Below are positions 28,759 to 39,773 of a DNA stretch of 64,000 nucleotides, piece by piece; within the stretch, counting starts at the first letter, position 1, and each line of letters opens with the position of its first letter. Position numbers and translations under genes: made by a program. The DNA comes from Myxococcota bacterium. Lineage in GTDB: Bacteria > Myxococcota > SpSt-1050. The stretch is from assembly GCA_049969675.1 (NCBI GenBank), contig JBMFOP010000001.1:47738-111737 (forward strand). Reading direction: 5' to 3'. A model generated the notes under the pieces. The model searched no databases. It was not told the DNA's origin and worked only from the letters and a program-made list of their open reading frames with translations.

Positions 28759-30066
28759 ATGATTAAACCCGATGTATATATCAAAGACCTTGAGAGATAT
28801 ATTGATAAAGAGGTTACATTGTGTGGATGGGTCTACAATATCAGGTCTTCAGGTAAGGTAAGATTTATCCTTGTTAGAGATGGCACAGGTTTTATTCAGT
28901 GTGTGGTAACTCCAAAAGGGGTCTCTCAGGAGAAGTTTGAACGGTCTGATAGAATTCCTCAGGAGAGCTCAATAATCGTCAGAGGGAAGGTCAGGAAGGA
29001 GGCACGGGCACCTTATTGTGGTTATGAGATTGAACTGTCAGACTATGAGGTAGTCTCAACAGTCACTCAGGAATATCCGATAGCATTAAAAGAGCACGGA
29101 GTCGATTTTCTGATGAATCATAGACACCTCTGGATTCGTTCATATCAACAGAGTATGATTCTCAGAATAAGGGCAACAATTATAAAGGCTATCAGGGACT
29201 ACTTTGATTCCAATGGATTTACTCTGGTAGATGCCCCCATCTTTACACCAAATGCCTGTGAAGGGACATCCACGCTCTTTGAGACCAATTACTTTGGAAC
29301 AAAGGCGTATCTAACTCAATCAGGGCAGCTCTATATGGAGGCGGCTGCCATGGCTTTGGGGAAGGTCTACTGCTTTGGCCCAACATTTAGAGCTGAGAAG
29401 AGCAAGACAAGAAGGCATCTAACCGAATTCTGGATGGTAGAACCTGAGATGGCATACTTTGACCTTGAGGACGATATGGAAGTGGCTGAGGGGCTCGTAT
29501 CGTATATTATAGAGACAGTCCTTTCAAAACATGAAAAGGAGCTCATTGCCCTTGAAAGAGATGTTGATTCCCTGAGGAATGCGGCAAAAAAGCCCTTTTA
29601 TAGGATAAGATATATGGAGGCATTGGAGGTAATTAAAAAGGGTGGGCTGGAGATAAAATATGGGGATGATTTTGGTGGTGATGAAGAGACAGTTCTCACA
29701 AAACAGTTTGATAAACCGGTATTTGTTACTCATTACCCGATTGAGATCAAGGCTTTTTATATGAAGAGGGACCCGAAGGATCAGACGCTCGCTCTAAATA
29801 TGGATCTCCTTGCCCCAGAGGGATATGGAGAGATTATCGGTGGAGGGCAGAGGGAAGACAATCTGGATATATTACTTGATTCAATTAAGAAGAACAACCT
29901 CCCTCAGAATGTATTTGAGTGGTATCTGGATATAAGGAGATATGGCTCTGTGCCACACTCGGGATTTGGGCTTGGGGTTGAGAGGACAGTCGCATATATT
30001 TGTGGCCTGCACCATGTGAGAGAGACTATCCCATTTCCGAGATTGATGGACCGCCTCAGTCCGTAA
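28759..30066 (+). CDS. asnS: Asparagine--tRNA ligase
   Basis: [55 protein letters not shown]. Confidence 0.97.
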   Translation: MIKPDVYIKDLERYIDKEVTLCGWVYNIRSSGKVRFILVRDGTGFIQCVVTPKGVSQEKFERSDRIPQESSIIVRGKVRKEARAPYCGYEIELSDYEVVSTVTQEYPIALKEHGVDFLMNHRHLWIRSYQQSMILRIRATIIKAIRDYFDSNGFTLVDAPIFTPNACEGTSTLFETNYFGTKAYLTQSGQLYMEAAAMALGKVYCFGPTFRAEKSKTRRHLTEFWMVEPEMAYFDLEDDMEVAEGLVSYIIETVLSKHEKELIALERDVDSLRNAAKKPFYRIRYMEALEVIKKGGLEIKYGDDFGGDEETVLTKQFDKPVFVTHYPIEIKAFYMKRDPKDQTLALNMDLLAPEGYGEIIGGGQREDNLDILLDSIKKNNLPQNVFEWYLDIRRYGSVPHSGFGLGVERTVAYICGLHHVRETIPFPRLMDRLSP

Positions 30067-30277
30067 ATATAAATATTTTTTATTTTTTTACTTTTACTCA
30101 CTGCTGTCCAGAATAATCTGTTTAACAAGTTTACTATTTGTAAAATAAGGTATTTTGTACAGGTAAATCCATATTTTCGAATCGGATTTCACCCTTTTCT
30201 TCCATACACTATCTAATAAAATGCTGTCCAACTTAAATAACCCTAATGTTAGTTGCTCTACATCAGACACAACAGGA

Positions 30278-30300
30278 CTGTCTGCCGTCGCACAGACAGG
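30278..30300. repeat. REP-like palindrome
   Basis: CTGTCTG-ccgtcgca-CAGACAG(G) perfect 7-bp inverted repeat. Confidence 0.5.
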
Positions 30301-30344
30301 TAAAGTCTCATAATGTTTATTTGTTCATTCACATAAATTTTTGT

Positions 30345-30530
30345 ATAGTAATTCTTATTTGAAAGCCCGACAAAGTTAAAATCAAGCCAATAATCACTTT
30401 TTTATATGTCCATTTGAATGACTTTGCTTTGTGTTCATCGTTGTATTTAATGACCTTCCCCATATTTTCAATGAATATCTCTTCATTCAACTCAATTCTC
30501 TTGCCTTTCTGCTTATAGAAATTTTCTACT
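30345..30530 (-). mobile_element. Possible IS630-family transposase C-terminal remnant nested in the IS4 relic
   Basis: Minus-strand translation ...KVIKYNDEHKAKSFKWTYKK resembles the IS630 C-terminal YN..AKPFKWT motif. Confidence 0.45.
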
Positions 30531-30913
30531 TTCTATAATAAATATTTTTTCATTAAAGCAGCATATGGTCTTAAACACTTTTTTCACTATAATATTTTTA
30601 ACACGCCCCGGTGGTGACTTTTTTCTAATGGAGTAAATAGATAATCCATAAACATTGCTACAAATTGCTCCCAACAATTAAATCTATTTGCCCCATTATC
30701 AACCCTTGTCTCTCTTACCGCCTTATAAAACATATTTATAATCAATATTTGTAGAATTTATTAAAAATTAAATCAATTCATATTCATATAAATCCTTAAC
30801 TCTTCAAAATTCAATATCTAAAAGGTCTAAAGTTAAAATTTATTCTGGACAGATATGTACATAACTTAAATTTTGTTTTACATCGCGCAAATTTTAATAT
30901 AGTATATGTGGTT

Positions 30914-32545
30914 ATGAACCGATTATTTAAATTTTTATTTACCAGTTTAGTCTTATCAGCAATTTCCTGTTCGGTTGATTACTCCCTGCTAAATAATAGA
31001 CAATGCGACAGTGAAGGTAGATGTGTCGCTGGATATGTATGTGATAGAGCGACTATGACCTGTGTCAGAGAAGGCTCTATGCCCGGAAATGATGCTGGGA
31101 CCCTGCCCGATATCATAAGAGATGAAATCTCAATTTTGGATACAGAAATGCCAGATTCAGAAGAAGATGCTGGCTGCAGACCTACCAACAATGGGATAGA
31201 GATATGCGATGGGATAGACAACAACTGTGATGGCAGAACGGATGAGAACTATGTATGCGGAAGCTGTACCTTAACTAATTCCATTACAGAGCAATGCAAT
31301 GAATCTACAAAGTGCGATAAATGCTTTATAGTGAATGGTGAAAAATATAGATGTGTCTCTGTGGACGGTTTAGATTTTAACTGGCGTAAAGAATCTGAAT
31401 TGATTTGCGATTCTTCAAAATCTATAAAGGCAATAAAATGTGAAAACATCTGTCAATTGTGTGATGGAAATAAATTTTCTGACCCATTTATCATTCAGAA
31501 TGAATCCTGCGATGGAAAAGACAACAATTGCGATGGAAAAATAGATGAGGGAGATATATGTCCCACCAATAATATATGTGTAGGTGGAAAGTGTATAGAA
31601 AGACCATGTCAGAAGAAGGAGGATTGCCCCCCGGAGAAAGTCTGTAAAGAGAATAAATGTCAATCCTGCACAGAAGTCGTGGATGATTCGCTGTGCGGTT
31701 CAGGTAAGATATGTATCAATGGTGCCTGCATAGATGGCGATTGCCATCAGAATACTGATTGTTCTGGTGGTATCTGTGTATCCAATAAATGTTGTACAGG
31801 GTGTTGTGCAAAAAAGGATGATTGTCCAGCAGAACTTGTTTGCAAAAAGGGACTAAATGAACAAATCGGAAATTGTGAGAGTTGCACTGATATAATAGAT
31901 GACCTGTTATGTGGTTTTGGTTATATCTGTGAAGGCAATAAATGTATAAAAGGTGAGTGTCATCCTAATATTGGATGTCTCCTTGGGAAGATATGTGTCA
32001 ACTATAACTGCTGCAATCCCGGACCGACCTGCTGTAATAAGGATGGTGACTGTAAATCAAATATGACCTGCACCCAGAATCATACCTGTGATTGTAAGCC
32101 ACTCTTTGGAGATTGCAACAATAAATATGATGATGGCTGCGAAAAAGACCTTTGAAGTGATATCAACAATTGTGGAGTATGTAATCAAAAATGTGTCTTT
32201 CCCAATGCAGACCCCGAGTGTGTAAACGGTAGATGTCTGATTAAGAATTGCAAACCAAATTTTAAGGACTGCAATCAAAAACCAGAGGACGGTTGTGAAA
32301 TAGACATTTCAAAGGATATACTTAATTGTGGTGATTGTAATTCACCCTGTTCAGCGGATAATGCAACGGTAAAATGTGAGCAGTCAAAATGTGTAATATC
32401 TGCCTGTAATCTCGGATTTGCAGATTGCGATGGGAATTATAATAATGGTTGCGAAATAAATACAAATACTGATAGTAAAAACTGCGGAGACTGCGGAAAT
32501 AAATGTAAACCAAATGAAATCTGCAAAAATGGCCAATGTAACTGA
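30914..32545 (+). pseudogene. Myxobacterial-type Cys-rich repeat lipoprotein with an internal in-frame TGA at 32153
   Basis: Lipobox AISC; two E.CDG.DNNCDG..DE repeats; the same frame continues 129 codons past the TGA with further DGCE...D..NCG.C repeats to a TGA at 32543. Confidence 0.8.
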
Positions 32546-33401
32546 AGAAGAGATTTCCTCTCCATTTAATTTCTCATATCCCATATCTCTTCCATCTCTA
32601 AAAATCTCTCTATCAGATTTAGGTCAGATAAACCCAATATTGATAGCAGATACAGAGAGTGAAGTCTTCATTATTGATGGTTTTAGAAGGTATAATATAT
32701 TAAAACAGCTCGGGGCAGATCCCATATTTTTCAAAGTAAGACCCTTACATATAGAGAATGCCCTTAATGTATATTTAGCAATCAATCTCGAATCCCGTCG
32801 TTTTAATATTATTGAAAAGATTAGAATATGTAGATTTGTCATTTCAAATAAGATTAATATATCTGAACAGACTCTTCAAAAGGCTGGACTTGGAGATATT
32901 TATAAGAATAGTGGTCTTTATGAATTTATTGAGAATCTCAATGACAATCTAAAAGATATCATTGTGGAGAAGCGGCTTACAACCTCATTGATAGAAAGGC
33001 TTTTAAAAATTGGCTATACAAATTCAGAGAAGATACTCCTTTATGCAAGAGATAAATCTCTAACTCATCAACAGACAAGGGAGGTTATAACTGATTTATA
33101 TCTACTTACAATGAAAGGTGTAGATATTGGTCAAATTATTAACGCACTCACAGAAATTTCATTTGAAGAACTAAAAAGGAAAATAAGGGGAATCAAAAAT
33201 CCATTGCTTCAAAAAATGGAAGATGAATTTAAGGATTTTATAAAAGACATTAAGAATCTGTCAATTCATCCACCAGAAAATTTTGAAGGGAATAATTACA
33301 TATTGGAGGGTAGATTCAGAGATGAGAATGACCTTGAACAGATCTTAAAGGAGATATCAGAGATTAAAGAGAGATGGAAGAGGAATCCAATATTAAAATA
33401 G
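32529..33401 (+). CDS. ParB N-terminal (ParB/Srx) domain protein
   Basis: L..SL...GQINPI, IIDGFRR, N...R.FN.IEK. Confidence 0.8.
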   Translation: MANVTEEEISSPFNFSYPISLPSLKISLSDLGQINPILIADTESEVFIIDGFRRYNILKQLGADPIFFKVRPLHIENALNVYLAINLESRRFNIIEKIRICRFVISNKINISEQTLQKAGLGDIYKNSGLYEFIENLNDNLKDIIVEKRLTTSLIERLLKIGYTNSEKILLYARDKSLTHQQTREVITDLYLLTMKGVDIGQIINALTEISFEELKRKIRGIKNPLLQKMEDEFKDFIKDIKNLSIHPPENFEGNNYILEGRFRDENDLEQILKEISEIKERWKRNPILK

Positions 33402-34429
33402 TCATTGATAGTCAATCGCCACGGAATAACTTTGTCAAAGAGATAATAAGAAGGGCACATCTTAACAAAATTGAGATAGTAGAGAATTTAGATACCCAAC
33501 CAAACCAGAGAGAGAAACTATTATATATATCGTCCCAGAGAGGTTTTATCCGTCCCTGTCCCTGTTCAAAGAGGTATAGATGTTGTAACTATTTTACCAT
33601 TGATACTATAGAGGGTTGTATCTATGACTGTGAATATTGCATATTAAAATCATTTCTTAATAATTCAAAGATACTCATCAAGGCAGATATAGGAGAGTTG
33701 ATATCAGAATTAAAAGAATTTACGAGTAGAATTTCGGGTGGTGGATTGACTATAAGAATCGGGACCGGCGAGCTAAGCGATTCACTTGCACTTGAAAATA
33801 TAGCACCATTTGCACCCATATTGATTGAGGAGACAAAAGAAAATAATAATCTAATTCTTGAATTTAAGACAAAGAGCAGTAATGTCTCTGAAATCTTAAA
33901 TCTACCACACAATCCGTTAGCAACAATCTCATTTTCAATGACCACACCATATCTCCATCAAAAACTTGAGACCGGAACACCATCCATAGAGAATAGAGTG
34001 GTATCTGCAAAGAGATGTGTGGAGCACTCATATAGAGTAGGCTTTCACTTTGACCCAATTATATATTATCAAGAATTTGAAAAAGACTATGATGCCATTA
34101 TAAAGATGATTTCACAGAACATCCCTCCGGAGGCGATAAGCTGGGTCTCTCTCGGGACAATTAGATTTAACCCCCTAATGTTTGACATATTTAACAATCC
34201 AATCCTTTTTGGAGAATATATAACTGACCTTGAGAAAAAGTCAAGATACCCATTTGTCTTAAGAAAAAAGATCTACAGAAGCATTACAAGTATGTTCAAC
34301 CACTATTTTAATTCAAAGGTAAAATTATATCTATGTATGGAACTGGATATAATGAACAAAATTATATTGGGGAGAACATTTGATTCAGATGAAGAACTAA
34401 ATAGATATATCATCGGCAAGAATGAATAA
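33374..34429 (+). CDS. Spore photoproduct lyase (SplB)-like radical SAM protein
   Basis: GCIYDCEYC, RIGTGE.SDSL, LEFKTKS, GFHFDP, YLCME. Confidence 0.88.
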   Translation: MEEESNIKIVIDSQSPRNNFVKEIIRRAHLNKIEIVENLDTQPNQREKLLYISSQRGFIRPCPCSKRYRCCNYFTIDTIEGCIYDCEYCILKSFLNNSKILIKADIGELISELKEFTSRISGGGLTIRIGTGELSDSLALENIAPFAPILIEETKENNNLILEFKTKSSNVSEILNLPHNPLATISFSMTTPYLHQKLETGTPSIENRVVSAKRCVEHSYRVGFHFDPIIYYQEFEKDYDAIIKMISQNIPPEAISWVSLGTIRFNPLMFDIFNNPILFGEYITDLEKKSRYPFVLRKKIYRSITSMFNHYFNSKVKLYLCMELDIMNKIILGRTFDSDEELNRYIIGKNE

Positions 34430-34575
34430 TTAAAAAATTAGAACAATATCCACCTCATAATGAAATGTATTGATGTTATAACAGTGAACGGAGGCATCAC
34501 CCGGAGTTTGATTGATTCGCCTAAAAAAGAAGTGAAGATTATGCACAGATTAAAGAATCAGAAATCAGAGATGTA

Positions 34576-35175
34576 TCAGGTCTGACTCCCTGTATGCCAA
34601 TCTAATAGAAATCTCTTTAGTTTTTCAAATGCCTGTCCGCGATGACTGATCCTATTTTTTATATCAGGAGGCAATTCAGCCATCGTCTTTTTATATTCGG
34701 GTAGATAAAAGATCGGGTCAAAACCAAATCCATTGTTTCCTGAAGGCTCAGTGGATATAATTCCATTAACCGTTCCTTCAAACAGATAGTACTCTTCAGG
34801 GCTCACCATAAAACAGGCTACACAGACAAATCGTGCCCCTCTCTTTTCAATAGGGACACCGTCCAGCTCTTTTAGTAATTTTCTTATCCGCTCATCTGTA
34901 GTAGGGGCATATCTTGCGGAGTGGATGCCCGGTCTATTATTTAATATACTAACCTCAAGCCCAGAATCATCAGATATTACCATCTCTTTATATAATTCAT
35001 AAATTACGCGGGCTTTAATTAGTGCATTTTCCAAATAGGTACTTCCATTCTCCTCTATCTCAGAATCAAAATTAATCTCTGATAGGTCTTCCACCTCAAC
35101 AGGAAGTCCATGGAGAATATCCTTTATCTCTCCAGACTTACCTTTATTGCTTGTTGCCAAAATTATCTTATTCAT
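34576..35175 (-). CDS. rdgB: Non-canonical purine NTP pyrophosphatase
   Basis: ATSNKGK, DDSGL, PG..SARY, GFGFDP.F, SHRG.A. Confidence 0.96.
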   Translation of the reverse strand: MNKIILATSNKGKSGEIKDILHGLPVEVEDLSEINFDSEIEENGSTYLENALIKARVIYELYKEMVISDDSGLEVSILNNRPGIHSARYAPTTDERIRKLLKELDGVPIEKRGARFVCVACFMVSPEEYYLFEGTVNGIISTEPSGNNGFGFDPIFYLPEYKKTMAELPPDIKNRISHRGQAFEKLKRFLLDWHTGSQT

Positions 35176-35948
35176 TCAATACAGGTAAATGGAGACTCTT
35201 TTAAGAATCTCAAGATATGCTGATAAGGTTTTTTATAAAAGAGGAATCCGTTGTGTCCAATCCCCTCCAGTGCGACAATCTCAAGATTTGGAATATTCTC
35301 TTTCTCTGGCACAGAATATGGATATGGTATCAGTCTGTCATCTATGGAGTATATTGCACAAAATCTCACTTTATCTGGAAATTTACTTGAATTGAGCTCC
35401 CTGATAAAGGCAGAGTTGGGAGTCAACTGCCAGAGGTTCTGTCCCAGAAAACCTGTTGCAAGAAGCCCCAGATAGGCAAAAGGGGTTCCTCTATGGGGAG
35501 AGGCGAGTGTTATCAATGTATGTGTATATTCATCTGCACAAAGTTTCTGAATCATATATCTTCCAATTATTCCGCCCTCTGAATGTCCAATAATAGCTAT
35601 ATCAGGGAGGTTATATCTCTCAATGAGTCTCCTTACTTTTATATTTACAAAAGAGGCGGTCTCCTCTATCCCATCGGTTCGTAATATCTCTAGAAAACCA
35701 CCGAGATTTATCGTAAAGACATCAAATTTATCCTTTCTCAATCTCTCCTCAAGCACCATCATAACCCTTCTATTGGCACCAAAACCGTAAATCAGGAGAA
35801 CTGGCTTTTTACAGAATTCAAAGTCTGTGATCCTCTCAATCCCTCTTCTGGATATAGCTGACCTGATTATATCAGTAGTATCATTTACGAGCGTAGTCAG
35901 TCTCCTGACCTTTGGAAAAATAGGTTTATAAAAATTAGTAAGTCCCAA
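35172..35948 (-). CDS. Alpha/beta hydrolase (lipase/PGAP1-like)
   Basis: PVLLIYGFG, GHSEGG nucleophile elbow, TLASPHRGT, D..IP, GH; start uncertain (TTG 35948 overlapping the glnA end). Confidence 0.85.
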   Translation of the reverse strand: MGLTNFYKPIFPKVRRLTTLVNDTTDIIRSAISRRGIERITDFEFCKKPVLLIYGFGANRRVMMVLEERLRKDKFDVFTINLGGFLEILRTDGIEETASFVNIKVRRLIERYNLPDIAIIGHSEGGIIGRYMIQKLCADEYTHTLITLASPHRGTPFAYLGLLATGFLGQNLWQLTPNSAFIRELNSSKFPDKVRFCAIYSIDDRLIPYPYSVPEKENIPNLEIVALEGIGHNGFLFYKKPYQHILRFLKESPFTCIE

Positions 35949-37257
35949 GGTAATTGTTAATCTCCCATGGATGAACAAAACCAATATAATTATGCCATTC
36001 CTGACGCTTGGCGTCAAGAAAATGATAATGTATATGTTCCCCAAGTGTCTCCTTCATTAAGGTGCTCTTTTCAAATTTATCCAGAGCCTCCCTCAAACTA
36101 CCAGGTAATTCACCAATTCTATATCTCCTCCTCTCTCTAAGGCTCATTCTGTAGATATTTTTATTGACAGGTGGTGGGGGCTCAATCCTATTTTCAATAC
36201 CATCCCACCCTGATGCAAGCATTACAGCAAGGGCAAGATATGGATTACACGATGGGTCTGGCATCCTGAACTCAATCCTTGTACCCTTTCCTCTCCTTGC
36301 TGGAACCCTGATTAGTGGGGACCTATTCTTCTCAGCCCATGCCACATGCGTGGGCGCCTCATAACCGGGCACCAATCTCTTATATGAATTCACAAGTGGA
36401 TTCGTAATTGCGCACATCTCCTGCGCATGTTCAATGATGCCACCAATATAATAAAGCGCTAATTTTGAGAGTTGATATTCACCTTTTGGGTCATAAAATG
36501 CGTTATCTTTCCCCTTAAATAGGGACTGATGTGTGTGCATACCGCTACCATTTATTCCGAAGACTGGCTTCGGCATAAATGTGGCATGTAATCCAAAGTC
36601 CTGTGCCACCTTCCTCACTATTATCTTCAAGGTACAGATATTATCTGCGGTCTTTAAAAACTCATCATACTTAAAATCTATCTCGTGCTGTCCTCTTGCA
36701 ACCTCATGGTGCCCGGCCTCCACTTCAAAACCCATATTCTCAAGCACATTTATCATTGTCCTCCGTGCCTCTTCTCCTCTGTCAACTGGTGTCATATCAA
36801 AATAACTTGCATCATCATGGGTCTCAGTCGTAGGTTTCCCCTCTGGATCCGTCTGAAAGAGGAAAAATTCCATCTCAGTCCCCGCCATCGCAATATAACC
36901 AGCCTTTCTTACCTTCTCAATTACCCTTTTTAAGGCCGTCCTCGTGCATCCATCAAATGGTCTCCCATCGGGTGTATATATATCACAGATAAGCCTCGCG
37001 ACCTTACCCCCCTTCTCCTCCCACGGAAATATCATAAATGTATTCAGGTCAGGGACCAGTGTCATATCCGATTCCTCTATCCTTGCAAACCCCTCAATAG
37101 AAGACCCATCAAACATAATCTCCCCATCAAGAGCCTTTTCAAACTGCTTTGGTGGAACCTCCACATTCTTATTTATCCCAAGCACATCTGTAAACTGAAG
37201 TCTGAGAAATTTAACACCCTCCTTCCTGATCTCTTTTAATATCTCTTCTCTTTTCAT
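35935..37257 (-). CDS. glnA: Glutamine synthetase type I
   Basis: MFDGSSI.GF.RIEESDM, HHEVA.GQHEI, ATFMPKP..G.NGSGMH, NSYKRLVPGYEAP, NPYL. Confidence 0.98.
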   Translation of the reverse strand: MKREEILKEIRKEGVKFLRLQFTDVLGINKNVEVPPKQFEKALDGEIMFDGSSIEGFARIEESDMTLVPDLNTFMIFPWEEKGGKVARLICDIYTPDGRPFDGCTRTALKRVIEKVRKAGYIAMAGTEMEFFLFQTDPEGKPTTETHDDASYFDMTPVDRGEEARRTMINVLENMGFEVEAGHHEVARGQHEIDFKYDEFLKTADNICTLKIIVRKVAQDFGLHATFMPKPVFGINGSGMHTHQSLFKGKDNAFYDPKGEYQLSKLALYYIGGIIEHAQEMCAITNPLVNSYKRLVPGYEAPTHVAWAEKNRSPLIRVPARRGKGTRIEFRMPDPSCNPYLALAVMLASGWDGIENRIEPPPPVNKNIYRMSLRERRRYRIGELPGSLREALDKFEKSTLMKETLGEHIHYHFLDAKRQEWHNYIGFVHPWEINNYLGTY

Positions 37258-37546
37258 CTCTGCCTCCTTGTTGAGGTACACTATCTCCTTATTTTACAAT
37301 ATTGTCAAATTAAATTTGCAAAATAATCATCATTTATTAAGCAATCTGTAAAAATATGCATTGTATTGCAATAAATAATGGGATTTTTTACCAAAAATAC
37401 AAAAAATTATTAACACCCAATCAAAATACCCGTGCGGTGTGACCTCTATCACCAGACATTTTTGGCTCATATCCTTCAAATCCATCGGCAGGCCCTTTCT
37501 TTACCAATATTTTTATGGTATATTGAATTCATTAAGGAGGTATATT

Positions 37547-38884
37547 ATGAAGAAGATATATTTTCTCAGTATAATATCCTTAATTCTCCTCTCTGCCTGC
37601 AATGTAGTTTACTACGCCCCATACCCTCCCAATACAGAATATGTATATTACGGGCATCACCCAATTCCATCCTATATCGGAGGTGGTATGTGTTTTATTG
37701 AGGGGAGGCATATCCATAATTATCCACCCGAGAATAACTACTCCTTTTATTACTATGAAGGCATATATTTCTACATTGGCGAGACAGTAGCCTACTTTGG
37801 TCCGCACCCCATCCCCTCCCAGTTTGGTGGTGGGATATGTATGATTAATGGATATCATACACACACCTATTATCCTTACGGATCGGGTTATGTATATTAT
37901 CCGGATGATAATGTCTTCGTATATGTAGATGTGGATATCAATGTAAATAATAGGAGACCATACGAACCGAAGAATAGACACGGTTCATACTCCTCTGGAA
38001 TACCATATTCGGATACGGGTGGGAGACACGAATATAAGCCCTCATCAGGTGGGACGAATTCATCCGGGACAACATCAGGTTCACAGGATTATTCCCATAA
38101 AGGGACATCAGGTGGCTCCTCTACCGGTTCAGGGAGTGGAGCAGGTAGCAGTTCTCAAACTGGAAATTCCACAATACAGTATAATAAAACACCCGATTTC
38201 AACTACACACCTCGCAAATATGAACCAGCAAATCCACAGATAGATACTCCATCTCAAACAAATAAGAAGATTGAGAATAATCAGCCAGTTATAAATATAC
38301 CACAGGATACTAAAAGGAGAGTGGATTTTGATAACAAGCCCACAATAAACACACCATCCCAGACAAATAAAAAGTATGATATGGACAATCCAACATTTGA
38401 GCCACCCTCCCAGACAAAAAATAAGATTGAAAAGAATGACAACATTCCTCCCCTGTATGTACCAGACAGTACTCCGAAAAAAAAGGATGACAAATACCCT
38501 GTAATCAATACACCATCACAGACAGAGAAGAAGATTGAGAAGAATCAACCGGTTATAAATACACCATCCGATACAAATAAAAGATATAATACAAATCAAA
38601 CACCGAATATCAATGTTCCAAAAGATACAACAAAGAGACTGGAATTTGGCAATGAGCCCAAGAAATTTGACACACCACCAGTAAAAAGATTTACCCCGGG
38701 CACCAATGAGGATAAAAAGAGGGATAGACCACCTCTTGATGTCCCGCAGATAGATACAAAGAAGAAAGACTCTGCAGATGATGATGACGAAAATAATCTG
38801 AAGAAGAAGGTATATCAGAAGGACCAGATAAAGGTTCCAGGGGTCAATAAGAAAGTGCCATCTCCAGACCCTGTATCAAAATAA
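37547..38884 (+). CDS. Lipoprotein with two His/Cys repeats and about 9 PxINTPSQT repeats
   Basis: AGGAGG RBS, lipobox LSAC, repeats H.PIP...GGG.C.I.G.H.H.Y.P, G/S linker, repeat-rich tail. Confidence 0.85.
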   Translation: MKKIYFLSIISLILLSACNVVYYAPYPPNTEYVYYGHHPIPSYIGGGMCFIEGRHIHNYPPENNYSFYYYEGIYFYIGETVAYFGPHPIPSQFGGGICMINGYHTHTYYPYGSGYVYYPDDNVFVYVDVDINVNNRRPYEPKNRHGSYSSGIPYSDTGGRHEYKPSSGGTNSSGTTSGSQDYSHKGTSGGSSTGSGSGAGSSSQTGNSTIQYNKTPDFNYTPRKYEPANPQIDTPSQTNKKIENNQPVINIPQDTKRRVDFDNKPTINTPSQTNKKYDMDNPTFEPPSQTKNKIEKNDNIPPLYVPDSTPKKKDDKYPVINTPSQTEKKIEKNQPVINTPSDTNKRYNTNQTPNINVPKDTTKRLEFGNEPKKFDTPPVKRFTPGTNEDKKRDRPPLDVPQIDTKKKDSADDDDENNLKKKVYQKDQIKVPGVNKKVPSPDPVSK

Positions 38885-39307
38885 TTACCTCAATTTGGCA
38901 CAGGTAAAATCCAAACTACTCACAAATATTCTTGTACACACCTGTTCAGATAAATTATCATTGAATACTCAAAGATACTGAATTCTTAGAGGAGGCTTTA
39001 TATAAATATGAATCACATTAGCTTTCGGCAAATTCTACAAATATTTTTAATGAATATGTTTTATAAGGTGATGATAGAGAGGGGATGAGAGAGAAATAAA
39101 TTAATTTATTAGTTAACAGTAAATCAGAAAAAAGAAAATGCCATTATATACAATTTGTATATCCGTTGTCGGCTTTGAAAACACCTCCTGATTCTCACTA
39201 AATTAGAAATTCTTGACATACTCTTCTTGATTTAATATGAAAAATATCCAATGACTAATAAATTTTTATTTAATAAAGTGTATCTTATTTTATGAAAGTA
39301 GTAAGAG

Positions 39308-39739
39308 ATGAAATTAAAAAATATCATTATAACAATTACAATTTTAAGTTTATATATTTATGCCTGTAATTTACATCTAAAGTATGTATGTACACCGAGT
39401 TGTAATGGGAAGGAGTGTGGGGATGATGGGCGTGGAAGGAGTTGTGGGAGTTGTGGGAGCAATGCGAGTTGTGATTTAAATAGGTGTGTCTGTAATTCTG
39501 GATATGCAAACTGCAATAACAGCTGGACTGATGGATGTGAGACAATTGGAGATCCCGGACATCTATGGAGTAAGAGATTCGGGGGGAGTAGTTATGATTA
39601 TGGTTCTTCCGTCTCAGTGGATACCTCAGGCAATGTATATGGGACTGGATATTTTTTAAGTTCTCTAATAAATTTTGGTGGATGCATATTTAATAGTGCT
39701 GGTAGTAATGATATATATCTTTTCAAATATGCACCATGA
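39308..39739 (+). CDS. Short Cys-rich/SBBP-blade lipoprotein, probably internally deleted
   Basis: Lipobox IYAC; CTPSC.GKECGDDG..SCGSC repeat; one W.KRFGG...D.G..V.VD.SGNVY.TG blade ending DIYLFKY. Confidence 0.6.
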   Translation: MKLKNIIITITILSLYIYACNLHLKYVCTPSCNGKECGDDGRGRSCGSCGSNASCDLNRCVCNSGYANCNNSWTDGCETIGDPGHLWSKRFGGSSYDYGSSVSVDTSGNVYGTGYFLSSLINFGGCIFNSAGSNDIYLFKYAP

Positions 39740-39745
39740 ATGGAA

Positions 39746-39773
39746 GTCCATTGTCCATGGTCCATAGTTATTT
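39746..39773. repeat. Degenerate heptamer tandem repeat (GTCCATN)
   Basis: GTCCATT GTCCATG GTCCATA GTTATTT. Confidence 0.6.

Larger units (their letters stand above)
30099..30857 (-). mobile_element. Internally deleted IS4-family (DUF4372-type) element, copy 1
   Basis: Terminal IRs CACTGCTGTCCAGAATAA (30099) and CATATCTGTCCAGAATAA (minus strand from 30857); minus-strand fragment MFYKAVRETRVDNGANRFNCWEQFVAMF (30733-30650) matches the DUF4372 transposase N-terminus. Confidence 0.8.

Noticed and set aside
32153..32200. Selenocysteine recoding of the in-frame TGA
   Set aside because: The position aligns with non-Cys residues in sister repeats and no convincing SECIS stem follows
35949..36044. 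ORF-track N-terminus of the lipase
   Set aside because: It overlaps the conserved glnA C-terminus; TTG at 35948 is more plausible
38220..38640. CRISPR-like spaced repeats (ATAAATACACCATC...)
   Set aside because: Degenerate in-frame coding repeats of the lipoprotein; no constant repeat/unique spacer structure and no cas genes
38897..38912. TGGCAC as a sigma54 promoter
   Set aside because: No GC or TTG at the -12 position (AAAT)
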